A stretch of DNA of 64,000 nt from Blasia pusilla (taxonomy: Eukaryota), in the NCBI GenBank assembly GCA_050084515.1, contig CM114271.1, positions 40,734,001-40,798,000 on the forward strand. The letters run 5' to 3'. The notes under the pieces were generated by a model that searched no databases, had not been told where the DNA came from, and worked only from the letters and a program-made list of their open reading frames with translations. The position numbers were made by a program, and so were the translations under genes. The stretch's first letter is position 1. Every line of letters begins with the position of its first letter. Below are positions 1-12,608 of this stretch, piece after piece.

Positions 1-3000
1 TGATTCCTCATTCTCGTGGCTATGGCCGTTCCACATTTATGAACTGCTGGCTACATAGTACATACTGTATTTGGTGCCGAGCTTTCTCATGCTCCAGCTA
101 AAGCCGTAACGACAAAGCTCAACGGAATCGCAGAGCCGCACGGCTATGTCAACTTTAACAGGCCACGAGCTCCCACAACGGAGCGACTCAAGAGTCAAGA
201 CTAGTCTTAGACGGAGTGTTAGACTGCTCATTTCAGTCTTCAGTCAACTACTTCTCATCTGCCATCTTTGTACAGAGCTACAGACGACCCAATTGGGGGG
301 AATTCATAAAGTAGTAATTCGTTTCCATGGATTTCATAGACTGGTAATAGGTTTGGTAACTTTAGTATTTGATTGATTTGACCGTAACTAAACCGAGGAT
401 GAATAGGCGAGAGGCACAGACTGCACACATGCCCGGCGAGAATGAAAAAGTAACTTCGTCAATCAAATGCAACAGTAACTTGAACACGGGGGAACCTCTC
501 CACCATTAGTAGTGGTAAAGTGGTGGTGGAGACCACAGGCTCGATCCCGTCACGGATATGGGTAAAAGGATGCGATAAATGCTTCTTCTTTTCCCACAAG
601 CAATAAATGCTGTCGGTTCTGGGTTCCTCTGGGAGTCTAGAGTCGACGGAGTTTGGCCAAGCTCACTTCTGGATTTTTGTCCAATTTTTTAGTCGCTGTT
701 GCACAGTTGGAAACAGTTAGTGCGGGTTTTCACGTAGATTGACGAATTGGGAAAGACAACGCGCACGGTGCGCCACCGTACCGTCTGTGGATCTTCCATC
801 GACTCACAACCTGGATCCACCCTGCCCTTTGTAGACACCGGGATTCCTGCACAGGCAAGAGCGAAGAAAACCCGTGCCAAAGCTCCACAGATTCAAACCG
901 ACGTCAGGACTAGACGACGATATCCCGGAGGACGGAATACGCTCTCTTGGTCTGGCTGTTTTTTTATCAAGTGAGGAGGTCGCATCCCACCTCAGGTCAG
1001 ATTCAGGGCTGCTGGAATTTTCATTACCAAATGTGCCAGGCTTATTTCCCTTCTGAAGGCAAGCACACTCCCGCTCGTTCACTCTCCCGCATGCCCAAAA
1101 TTCGGGGATTACAAGACCTAACTCAAACCCGCTGCATACTTCTAGAGTTCATGTTCTCTCACATCTGGATGCAGTCCCTCAATTTCTAACCAAAGTGGAA
1201 CTCAAGACGTTCGCTCATGCCCTGAGGAAAGAGATTTGATGCAAACGGAACCAGTTCTAGTGACAATAATTTAACTTCGCATTAACTTCATTAAGCTTTC
1301 TACGAAGAATTCTCACGTGACATAATTTTATTTTAGGACATGAGGTGACCTAAATATGAAGAGGAGCCGCAGTTCCCTCCAAGTTAGTTACCATCCAGGC
1401 GCAAGGCCACGGACATTTCCGAGGGAAACTTGCACATGGCATCGGAATGGTAAAGGAGGAGCCGCTCGTGCGCTGAAAGCTCGGTTGTCTCTCCCACCAA
1501 AACTGGCTACGTCTACACATAGAGCAACAGGAATGCGAGAATATTTCCCTTTGACCGGATCTTTGGCTGCGATTCTCTCGCTAGACGGAATCAAACTGAA
1601 AGCTGTCTAGAATCCACGCAACGCTAAAGCGTTGGTCGTCTCGTGTACCTTAGTGCCGCAAAAGGTTAACTATTCTCCTGATCCTTTAACCCCGCCACGT
1701 CTGGGCCGTCAAATTCGTATTAGAAGTTGCAAAGAGAAACAAAAATCACAAGAATAGCTCCATTTGACCATATTGCTAATCGTCTATGATGGTCCCCTCA
1801 CGTAGTCTACATAAAATTAGTTTCCCATTCTGGTGCAGTAAATGTCGAAGGATGGACGGACCAGGAAGCAGATTCTGGTCAGTTGGTGGAACCTTGGTTG
1901 TCTCGCGGGACAACCGGAACTATTTCGAACCTTTGCAGACAGATGCTATGATTCTTCCGACGCGGAGAATAAACACAGTGCGAGAAGAAATGAGAACTTA
2001 CACCCTCCGAGTCGCCAAATTTTGGCCAAAACACGATGCGTGGTTGGCTTTGACCGAATCGTGAGTCGCGTACTAGGCGAAGCCAATTAGCAAATTAGCA
2101 GTTCTTTCCCATCCAAATTTGGAAGCCTCCAAGGCGCTCAGCATTGATCCAGAGGCCGATCAGCAGCCTTAGTGCTACGGTCGTCAAGTCGTTGGTTGTC
2201 TCTTTGTCTCTTCCTTGACTGCAATTCCCAGGGCAGAGCTCCGTTCGGGCCAGAGCTTGTAATGGAGGAGGAATCGGAAGATTCACCACGAACTGCAGGG
2301 AATCCTATGCCCGGTGAAGTCGACGCTCCACTTTCACCGCGGTCTTAGTCGAGACTAAATGCAGAGAGAGAAGGCGCAGGCGACATCTTTAATCAAGTGA
2401 AGAATCTAACACGGCCGAGAAAAGAAATCAGGCAGGACAGCATCCCATGATTCCCCTTCTCGTAAAGATAGAAAATCAGCTAAGAGTAGAGGAGAGGACA
2501 TGCCCCAGACCGGAGGGCTAAGAAAAGCAAGCGCGCAGGCCATTTACAGCAGATATTCCAAACTTCCCTACATTCTCCTTCCATGTTCTCCACGCCGGGT
2601 CTCCGCAAGCAGAAGGGACACCGCCATTACCTCTCGCATGCCAGTTGCTGCTTTCTCCTCCGTTGCTCGCCGAGCGCTCCAGTTCTCGGCGTTTCAGAGA
2701 AGAAGCCACTTCCATTGGCCCATTGAAGCGCATGAAATGAAACGAATCTCCTTTGCGTGCCACTACTTCGTCGGTGCACTCTCTTGTGGCCAACTGCCTC
2801 TCCACCGAAGCAGCACTCAACCGGCAAACAGGGGAAAAAGAATCAACCGTTACGAGCTCCAGGAGCCACGAAGCCATCCCACTGGCTCTCATCTGTATTA
2901 CTAACGAACGAAGTGCGATCGAACATACATGGCCAATTACTGCCGCATGTCATGTGCGCACTTGGCTCTTGAGGATATAGCCCAATGCGATTGATTCCTT

Positions 3001-5345
3001 CATTATATGTCAGCCCAATGAGATCGATTACTTCGAAACATGTAATCCCATTCTTCGCCAGCCGATCCATAGTCATTTTTAAGACCTGAATCTATATTAT
3101 TACGGGGAAAACACATCTTTTTTTAACACGTGAGATGAAAAGTTTTATGGAGAAAAGTTTGAATTGGTTTGCAATTAATTCCTTCCCTTCACAAAAAAGT
3201 TTTTAAAAAAAAGAGAGTTGGAAGAACTTACTTGTTTGTCATACTTGAATATGTCATTGCTCAATGCCATCGTGTTTGAATTGGACGAGTGATCTGAATG
3301 TTCAGCGTTTTTCCTAGTGTATGTTGAGTGCAACTCACACGACAATTCAAAAATTAGATCATTTGTCTTTGTCCTTACGAATGTCCTCTGCCTTGAAATA
3401 TTGTTTTGTGCAAGACTTGCCTCTCAATTTTCCAAATTGTTTCAATCGGCATGAATACTCTTGAAACCAACTCCATGTGCTACATGGAACAATTTTCCTA
3501 GCATCCCCACCCTAGGTTAAATTTCCTCACCAGCATGCAAGAGTCAAGAGATAGGCAAAGCATAATAATAAAATGAGTTTTATAGCATCCAAGCTCACAT
3601 TCCTGAACCGTACTAATGGTATGTTCCACTCCTCCATTCCCTCCCTCAATCACCAACCTAGACATCTTAATTCTTGTCATCTTGAAAACTCTTCTAAAGA
3701 GAAGTGCCAATAGAAACGTACCGGTTCTGGGTGGCTTTGCTTAGATTTCGTGTAAAAAATCCGGTCGAATTTCTGAAATACCGCCCAAGGACACGTGATG
3801 AAGGAGGGGGGAAAAAAAAAAAAAACCATCCAAAACCAGGTTTCCTTTTTAAAGGCTCCCACCTAGGACGGGAGAAAGAGGCATCCTTGTGCTCGTCAAA
3901 GACAAAAGCAATAAGAGTGAACTCGCGGAAATGGGTTGCCCTACAAATGATGCCTGCAAATGGAAAACGTCCACGATTTATGAAGTCCTAGAGTGCTAAG
4001 ACGGACGTTGGGACATACGAAGGGTAGTTCTCTCTTGGGAAGGGAAATCTTTGCTCCAAATATCCTTACGATTTAGAAGATCATTTTGATTCAGGTGGAA
4101 AGTCGAGCTGATTTGTAATATATAGGTGTGTTGGATTAGAAATATGTTTCAAGCAAAAATCTCGGAGAGAAAGAAACCCAACCCATAACATTCATAAGGG
4201 GTAGAAATATAATTTCCCAACCTTCTGTACTGTGGTAAAACCCCAACAGTAATCCAAACACCACCAATGCATCGCAGCATAGTCAATTTCCCCACTTATA
4301 ACCGACCAACCACGTCTTAAGTTAACGCATCCACTCATAACCTCATAACCACCTTCAATAACGAATTCTAGTACCATCCCAAACCACATTATGACATCCC
4401 CCCGTGGTCCCTCTTTCCAAATGTGGGAAACATAAAACCACATTGCTGGTCGAAAATGGGAAGTGCTGGAATCTTGGCGAATAATTAGATAATCTTGGTT
4501 TAAGACGTCTTAAAGTCGAAACTCGGGTTTCCTTCCTAATTACTTACTAATTCAGGTGAAGACACACAGCCATTCCCCTTATCATCCTCTCGGACCTCGC
4601 GAAATCCACACGCATATTAGTTGCTAATCAAGCATTAATTCCACTCCCATCCCGTTTTCCCGAGCCTTACCCTAAAAGCCAACAGGCGAAAATACCGTGA
4701 TAGTACCCGTGCAGCTCCAGTTCTCAGTACTCGGCAACGGTCCAACGGATGCTATCATTGGTATGCTAAGTCTGATATAAGTAACCCTGATGAGCGAACA
4801 TTCTCCTGTTCTGACCTCGGATCTAAAGGGAAATGCACTAGATTAGCGCGCTAATTCCGCATTAGATGCCTATCACTCCGCTCATGGACTTTCATCCTTT
4901 CCCAAGCCCAGGCCCCAATGCCCCATGGGCGATTAACAGTACGGTGATGCTCCCTTAGAGGACACACAAGATCTTCTTAGAGTTTCATTAACTCAGATGT
5001 TTAGGATGGATGATATAGTCGCTTACCGAACTAACGATTGTTAATGACCACGAGCTGCCATATTGTGGTGTGGCATCGATTAGCGTAACTTGCGTATTAG
5101 TAGCATGAGGATTTTCTCTATGCTCTCGTGACGAACGCTAAGTTTGTGGAACTCATCATCAGCAGGTAATGCAACTCCTACGTTAATTCACAGTTATTAA
5201 CTCTCCGTGGATGAGGGAGGAATTCTACTTGACCACGACAATTGCGAGAAGATTCGATGCGATTTCTTCACACCAGATTTACTAAAATATTATTTTTTCT
5301 TTAAATTACCTTTTATTTCACTTTCGAATATCACCAACTAAGATT

Positions 5346-5414
5346 CGACATTTTAATACGAACATACTTCCATATGGCCTCGCCCTATCGTAGTATATTC
5401 GTATTAAAATGTCG
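5346..5414. repeat. Inverted repeat / hairpin, 23-bp arms, 23-nt loop
   Basis: CGACATTTTAATACGAACATACT (5346-5368) vs AGTATATTCGTATTAAAATGTCG (5392-5414): reverse complements with one mismatch. Confidence 0.85.
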
Positions 5415-7584
5415 CTGGATGGATCCTTTAGTAAACATATAGGATCTACGAATGAAAACCCTTAGATAAAAATAAGGAGAAGTATTTACATTATTAGCAC
5501 TATTTTTCTACGACGGACAACTCAAGGGACAAGCGTTACTTCTGATGCCTTCTTTGTTCGACACGGGTATTTGAAATTAGGAATAAAAAATTGAAAATTA
5601 TCTAAAGAGATTAGTGCTTAACACAGCCATGGGGCAACTCAGTTGTTATTGCAGCGTCAATACGCTTTCGTGGCATTTTTAGATTTTCTTGCGTTTTCTA
5701 ATCGATAAAGTGTCTTTCCTATAATGAATTTATGCACAAGATACGTGGCTTCGAATGAACCATAGGGTCAAACATGATTTTTAACTTGAGTGATGAGCTC
5801 TATCTTCCTAGTGCCTATTCGTCCTCGGGTTAGGTGAAAGTCGGGTCAAACGGGGAAAGACACTTAGGCAAAACTGGATATCCAAACGTGTATTCGAACA
5901 CACTACCCACCATTTTGTAGTGGAAGTGGTTACCATTGTGCAACTATCTCCTCCACACTAGTAAGGAGAACATAACAACTTTATTTTTATTCCACGGAGG
6001 AATTCGGGAGAGGGATCAAGATTAACTAATTCAACCTTGGACTAAACCAACCTGGATATGAATAGACGTAAGGAACCTTGGATATCTCAAGTTTCAACAT
6101 TTTATTTTGTTAAGCCCCTTATACCATTTTGGTTGCCATATTGGTTGTTGAAGTTCCTCATCCTTTTATCCACAAAGACAGTTTATCTATCTCAGCAAGG
6201 ATTTATTTAGGTGTTTACTTAAGTGGCCCTTGGCCAACTTTCCTTGCTTAAGTGCTCCTCTTCTTAAATTTATTGCTTGAGCTTCCCCTTGACCTGCAAT
6301 ATCCCATGGACAACATTATGGTTCCCGAATGGTTCGGTAATTGCTCTAGTGGGGCCTCTATGCCACAGTCCACAGTTCTAACCACAATTGAAGTAGAACC
6401 ATGCAATTTGGCGGGAAACCCGTTTGAAGAGCGGGAGGAAGGATTCACAGGGTTTCCAAATAGACGCATCCTCAGCCTTCACCAAGTTTCTTCACTCATT
6501 TTCAAATAGATGCAAGCACATAAGCTCACGCACTTCAGTTCCAATGTCGCACCAACAGCAGAGGAGGCATGTTTCAACGTTGGCTAATTAAGATAGGGAA
6601 AGGAAATCAAATTCTTAATTTCCACCAACGTGAGTGAGTGTAAGGGTAGGGCAGATTCTTACGAATGAGTCCTGCCTTTACACATATCCAGCGTGCGCCT
6701 TCACTTGTAATACCCGCCGTGGTACATGCAACAAAACTATAGAACCTCAAAGCGATACTAGAGATTATCGTAACTATTTTTGCGGTGAGCAGGGATTTAT
6801 TTGGACATTGAAGTTTTTCCTACGATGTTTGGAGTTGGATGGCAAGGATACTGTGTCTCATAATCAGGAAGATTTCCCGAAATATATTGTTTGGTAAGGT
6901 GGTGACCTCATGGGCTTGAGCACTGTAGAGCAAGAATGTATGAGCATAGATGACCACATTTCGCATTTCAAGAGACAATCTGCTGGTGTGTGGATGTTTC
7001 TTGTGGAGCACAAACTCGGAGCCTCGGAAACTGTTGTTCAGGGAGCTCGGAGACATTTACCCTTATCATGCACCTCCCTTCCACAAGTATTAAACATCAG
7101 GGATTCATCCCACCATGTGGATTTCAATACCAGAGGTGATACCTAGTGCAGTAGTGTCTCTTGAGGATGCGACATCTCGTCTGAATATTAGCGGATCTTG
7201 GTAGACGAGGGATAAGTTGGGATAATATTAGACTTTTGTCCATGAAGGATGCCAACACCTCTTTGACAAAAGATTGAACATGGAACTCGAGGAACTTGAC
7301 ATTCATGTAGCTCTTGGTGATATTCTAAAAGAAGTAGAAGATTTAGACAAAAGTTTGGGTGACAATGGAGGAACAATGATAAAGCTATCAGCTGAAATGG
7401 AGAAACTCGCTATCAAACTAGTGCCTTTGAGCAATAGTGAGGCCCTAGTAGCAAACTCAGAAATCTTTTCAAAAGAGAAGATTGAAAGTATATTTTTTCA
7501 TCTCTATGGAGTGATGAGACAACCTATTGGTTCAAATAGACTTGTAGTTGTAAAGCATGAGCATGAATTTGTAATGCCCTTATG

Positions 7585-8233
7585 CAAGGTTGCACATTGA
7601 CAAAGTCCGTGTCTTATATCCGTTACATGTCCGTGCGGGCCCGGGTACCCTAGGCCCGCACCAAGCCCGCCCTAGGCCGAGCTGTGGGCCACGACCTGAG
7701 ACCGCACCCGTTGCGTGGCCCGCAGCTCGGCCTAGGGCGGGCTCCAAGGGGCAGGCCCATGCAAAAGGCCTGCCCTAAGCCTGCACCCAGTGCCCACAAT
7801 GTTGGCTCGAGGCCCGCATCGAGATCGCCATGCGGACTCTAGGCGATGGCTCAAGGCCCGCAAAAATTGGTCTGCCATACTGAAAGGTGGTCCACTGGAC
7901 CAAATTAAGCAGGCCTCAAGCCGGAATTGTGGGCCCTAGGTGCAGGCTTAGGGTGGGCCTCAAGCTTGTGCCTGCCTGGTCATAGCCTGCGCCCAACCTG
8001 CCCTCGCCGCACGCCTGCTTGCCCTAGCCCGCATTTGCCAACCCTGGGCTTGCACGTGTTTGACCTAGCCCTAGCCCAACCCAGCCTCGGTCATGCAATG
8101 GGTGCGCGCTCCGTCAGCCCGGGTCTAGGTGGTGGACTTCAGGCGGGCTCGGGTGCGGGCTGAGCATGTCCGAGAACATGTCAGGAATTTTCTGGGCATG
8201 TCCGCCAGACTTGTCCATTTCCATGCAACCTTG
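7585..8233 (+). mobile_element. Non-autonomous hAT-type element (MITE) with GC-rich interior
   Basis: Ends CAAGGTTGCA...TGCAACCTTG form a 10-bp TIR. Flanks CCCTTATG / TCCATATG match 6/8 as a degenerate TSD. Subterminal GTCC motifs are shared with the copies at 18.1-19.1 kb and 50.25 kb. Interior is rich in GGCCCG/CCTAGG. Confidence 0.75.
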
Positions 8234-9759
8234 TCCATATGTTTTGGTGTAAAGATTGGCGACTATTCTGTACCACATCATGATTTGCAATGCAAGGAAT
8301 TAGTATTATTTGCGCCTATCTTGTGAATGCTAGCTAGTATTGTGTATGCCGGCTACTAATGTAAATTTCAGATGGCTAATTTTTTTGGACAAAGTCGATA
8401 ACACTTCACATACACATAAGTCCATTGCTTTATTTTTGATTTTTTTTCAATGCAATCTCGGATTGCATCGCAAGACGTTTATGTGATGCAAACTAATGGG
8501 AAGGGACATATACGAAACTACAAATGTTATGGCTAAAGAGCCGCAGGTTATATGACTAAATAGCCAAAGGTTTAGAAATTTCTGCATGGAAATCTTGAAT
8601 GGACTTGGAATTCCTTGAAGCTGATTCTTGCAAGCCCGCCATTGTACGCAATAACTCCTCCCATCCACTCTTCTTGTCAAATCCCGACACTCCTAAGTGT
8701 TTGAAGAGTTGTGCTCTTTCCAAGATAAGACTTGCATGCCGGTCCTCCAAAACTTCCACGTATTTGTCAACTCTAGCTGTTGTTTGTTTAGAAAAATGGA
8801 TCTTATCCTCCCAACACTCCAAATGGACAACATCTTCCGCAAGAAATCCCAAGTGATTCATCTTTAAGTGGATAATTTTCTCATCAATGAGAAATCCTCC
8901 TCGTGCCAAGGCATGCTCCTCCTATGGTACTTCATTGTCACCTTCTCCCACTACTCCCTATATGCAAGAAAGGCATATCCTTGATCAGTAACCATCATGT
9001 GGGTAGATCTTGCCATATCATTCATTCCGTCCATTTTTCACTCCATCTACAGGTGCAGGTGATTGATGTATGTCGGTTTTAGTGTCATTCAGATTTAACT
9101 TAGGGGATGTAGCATCCTTCTTGTCATGCTCCCCTGCTTCACTCTCTACCAAATGAACGACACAAACATTGGAGTTCTCAACTACCTTGTTCTCTCCAGT
9201 ATTGAGTTCTTCAGATGATGCCCTTGATGACCTCATCTATTATCTTCTATGTGTTCAATCACACCATCCTCACATACGGGTTCTCCTTGGAATACTCCAG
9301 CAGTGGATTTCTCTCCACCTTCATTTAGCCTTGGAGCTGAAGGGTACCCAGATATCTCATCCTCAACTAGTAGATCTCTCCCAAGGGCAGGCTCTGTTGC
9401 TATGATACGCAACCGTAAAATGGATGACTTCGCACGTCGAGCTCCACTAGGAGCAGTCGAAGTCTGCACCACCCATAAATAGAACAAAAAATTTCATAAT
9501 CCTCTCTTCACAAGGATTTTCTCACTAAGCAGCGACTAAGTGAATCTTCCGAGCAGAAGGAATGCATGGCACCTACTAACAGTATGCACAACACTTATAA
9601 ATAGTATCACACAGTACCACCTTAAGTTTATGTATACGATAGTAACCTAGATTGCCGTTGATTCTCGAGAATCAAAGAGTTTGGTCTCTTGGGCAATCAC
9701 GGGTTCACCTTGTGAAATTTTGAATGCTGCAACAATTACCATCAAAGAGTGAGCATTTC

Positions 9760-10860
9760 ATAGTGATGTCAAACATGCCCACATGTAATATACAAAGGGT
9801 GAGATAAACCCTAATACTTACATGTGGATCTGAAGTTACAGCATAGTTTGATAATGTGGTTAAATCAACCTCTTGCTTGATGGTTGCAACAATTGTAGTG
9901 GCCACCTAGTATACACATATGAAGCCCAAATATCCTAGAATCAATTCCTTTTAAGTATATGAGAAGTGAAAAGCTTTACTGTTTAGGGCCTGATATTAGC
10001 CAGCGAGCTTGGTATTAGCTACGGGCCTAATATTCATCACCGGCTTAGAATTAGCCATGAGGCCTGCTATTAGGCTCCGGATACCTACATTAGCTGCGGC
10101 ACTTAAAACAAGAATTTTCTGAAGTGGCCTAAGTAGTCTGTCGCTTGGTATTATCCACGAGGCTTGCTTTTAGGCGTTGCAAATTCATATTATCCGCGGC
10201 ACTTAATATTAGCCACTCGACCTTCTTGTTCTTTGAATCACATGCATCCAAGCCAACAACCTTCTGCACATAAGGAATAATGGACTTCACGGCCGATGGA
10301 TAAATAAATAATCTCTTACACGTCGCAGATTTGGAGTCCCACACATCCCAAGCAAGAGTGGCAAGGGGGTCAGCTTCTTTCACTGCCTCCATGAACGAAG
10401 GAATCAAGTGGAAACCTATTCTTTCTCCCCCATTCATCCAATCTCGGTAAATTTCTTTGCATCTCCAAGAAAGAAGGGAAGTAAGTTTTTTATACGTTTG
10501 TGCAAGAACTTCTACAAGGATACCTACCAGAATGATTGGTTGATTTACAACCCTATCTGCTAATACCATTGATAACCACTTTGCCTTGTGGGTAGAGCCC
10601 CTCCAGGTATGAATGTGACCCGGACATGTGTGCTTCAAGTTACAGTTACACACACTTATCTTACATAAGCCTGAATTTTCGTGTCATTGACAACATACCC
10701 TCCATTCGCAAATCTTATCTTTACAAGGTGTAGTTGTTTACCCAGCAAACTCACCACATGCTCCATTCCTTGCCATAGCAACTCTGCTTCTATCATGCAA
10801 TGTCTTGCCTTGCTTTCTCCTTTTGTCCATGCGGACGTCCAAGCTTATTGTTGGTTCATT
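9760..10860 (-). pseudogene. Decayed Mutator-like (MULE/MuDR) transposase
   Basis: ORF 10129-10653 contains 'HTC', 'KRLFIYPSA' and 'VVGLDACDSK', resembling the MULE F.R.F...(V/I)GLDACH region with the first catalytic Asp. A possible SWIM-like 'EVDL...' remnant lies near 9870. Stops and frameshifts present. Boundaries approximate. Confidence 0.6.
9985..10217. repeat. Degenerate ~18-19 bp tandem repeat (TATTAGCCnCGGGC-like) interrupting the MULE ORF
   Basis: Recurrent TATTAGCC/TATTAGCT/TATTATCC cores at short spacing. GCGGCACTTAA occurs twice (~10097 and ~10196). Confidence 0.6.
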
Positions 10861-12200
10861 GCACAAATTTTAAAAAAATGGCTGGTTAATTCCATGTAAA
10901 CTTGAGCCCAAAGTATCCTCACGATCATCTCCTACTACTACATATATCCTTGCTAAAAATCCACATAATTCCACGTGGAACTACCAATATATTCTCCATT
11001 AGAGTATTACATCCCTTAAAAAGACATTGGGATTTTTTTAACTCTACACAAAATCTTTCTAGTAGATGTGTCTCTTCAATGATGGGCTTCTACTTCTTGT
11101 ATGTCTTGAGATCAACATACACTCTCACCAAGTTAACACCTTGTTGGAAACAAAATGCAATTAACCTCTTAGTCTCTTTGGGGCCAAGAGGCTCTTTGAG
11201 GCTTTGCAAGAGGGAGTTTCAAAGGGGCATGGAACTTGGGGCTCTATTCGTTTGAAAACTCTCTTACATAATCTTTGTAATTCCAAGGTCAAGTCATGGA
11301 ATCCATCCATATCCCTTGAAATGTATGATCGTCTCTTCTCTAATAGCCATGTCTCTCTTATTGCTATGTTAAAGTCAATCCTGGGATTGACTCTTTGTCT
11401 CTTGGCGTTATCACTCAACGCCATTTGATTACCCCCTCCCCCCTTGAAGACTTAAGCCCCACTAAACATATAGCTTGGAGAAGGAAGATAGGAAGACTTT
11501 ATATATAACCCAAAAAAAAAAATGAGACTACATACGTCAAAATACGGAGGAAGTACCAAAAGGATAACAATTGGCAAAGCTATAACAATAGTTTGGTCTA
11601 CGTTGACGTGAAGGATGGAATGTGGGATCTATGTTTATGGTTTAGCACTCAAAGGGAATATATGTGCGTTCAGATAAGTTTCCTTGACTATCTCCACATC
11701 CCTAATGTGATAAGGAAAGCTAATGAAACACATTTAAAATCTAGGTGATGAATAAAAAATCTCAAGATCACCAAACAAGTTCAGTGTCGCAAGAGACTAC
11801 CACACTCACAACCTCTCACCTAAAGTGGAATAAATTAGAATTTGTTTCACACACAACAAGGAGCGCAAATATCCAAGTTGGCCATAAACAAAATCTAACT
11901 ATCTCTAAATGCACGCAACAGATTTCCCAAAAATTTCTAGCACTCGTGAAAGCCCGAAGCTCTCAAGGCACCAATAGAAATTTGAAGCTTGATGCAAGAC
12001 TCGTCCCACTCTCAAAGAAAAGGAGGTAAGCATGAAGGAAATGAGATGAAGGGTCTTATACTTCACTTCTAAGCATTTTTTGGCTCACTTGTGGGCCTTT
12101 TGCTTATAGGTTTATGTTTTAAACACACTTGAGGTGTTGGGAAGGATAGAAGTGGGTTTATACCTAGACTCAACGAATCATAGCACGTCATGTATCCATG

Positions 12201-12608
12201 CAAGATTTGTAGGACGTCGGCCAATTGCGGGCCCGGAGGACAAATGGCGGGTTACCACATGGTAGCATGTATGTCGTCGGGAGGCAAAGGGGCATGACCC
12301 TTGCGGGCTTTGTGAGGGCCTCTTGCGGGCTCAGTGCGAGTTGGACGTGACCAATGGGGACGGTCTGACTTCAAAGCAACTTGGAAGGGCATGCGCCGTG
12401 TGGGCCTAATAGGGGTTCGACTCATCTATGACGTGAGACCCAATTGGCCCAACTCGAGCTAGAAATCGAGCAACACAGCGGGTCATTGCAGAGAGGCGTA
12501 AGTTAGTCGAGCAAGGGCATATTGTGCAGGCAACGCGGCCTGCACGGACATTATTGTCCTTGGACGGACGTAAGTCCGCAAATGTGTACATGTCCTCGTG
12601 CAACCTTT
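12201..12608 (-). mobile_element. Degraded hAT-type MITE copy (GC-rich subtype)
   Basis: Minus strand from 12608 reads AAAGGTTGCACGAGGAC...GGACTTACGTCCGT...ATGTCCGTGCAGGCC, matching the left end of the 7585 element. The other end and the TSD are unclear. Confidence 0.45.

Noticed and set aside
1-231. Possible minus-strand CDS start MWNGHSHENEES (ATG 36-34) directly after the stop of ORF 37-231
   Set aside because: Only 12 codons are visible at the window edge, so it cannot be supported.
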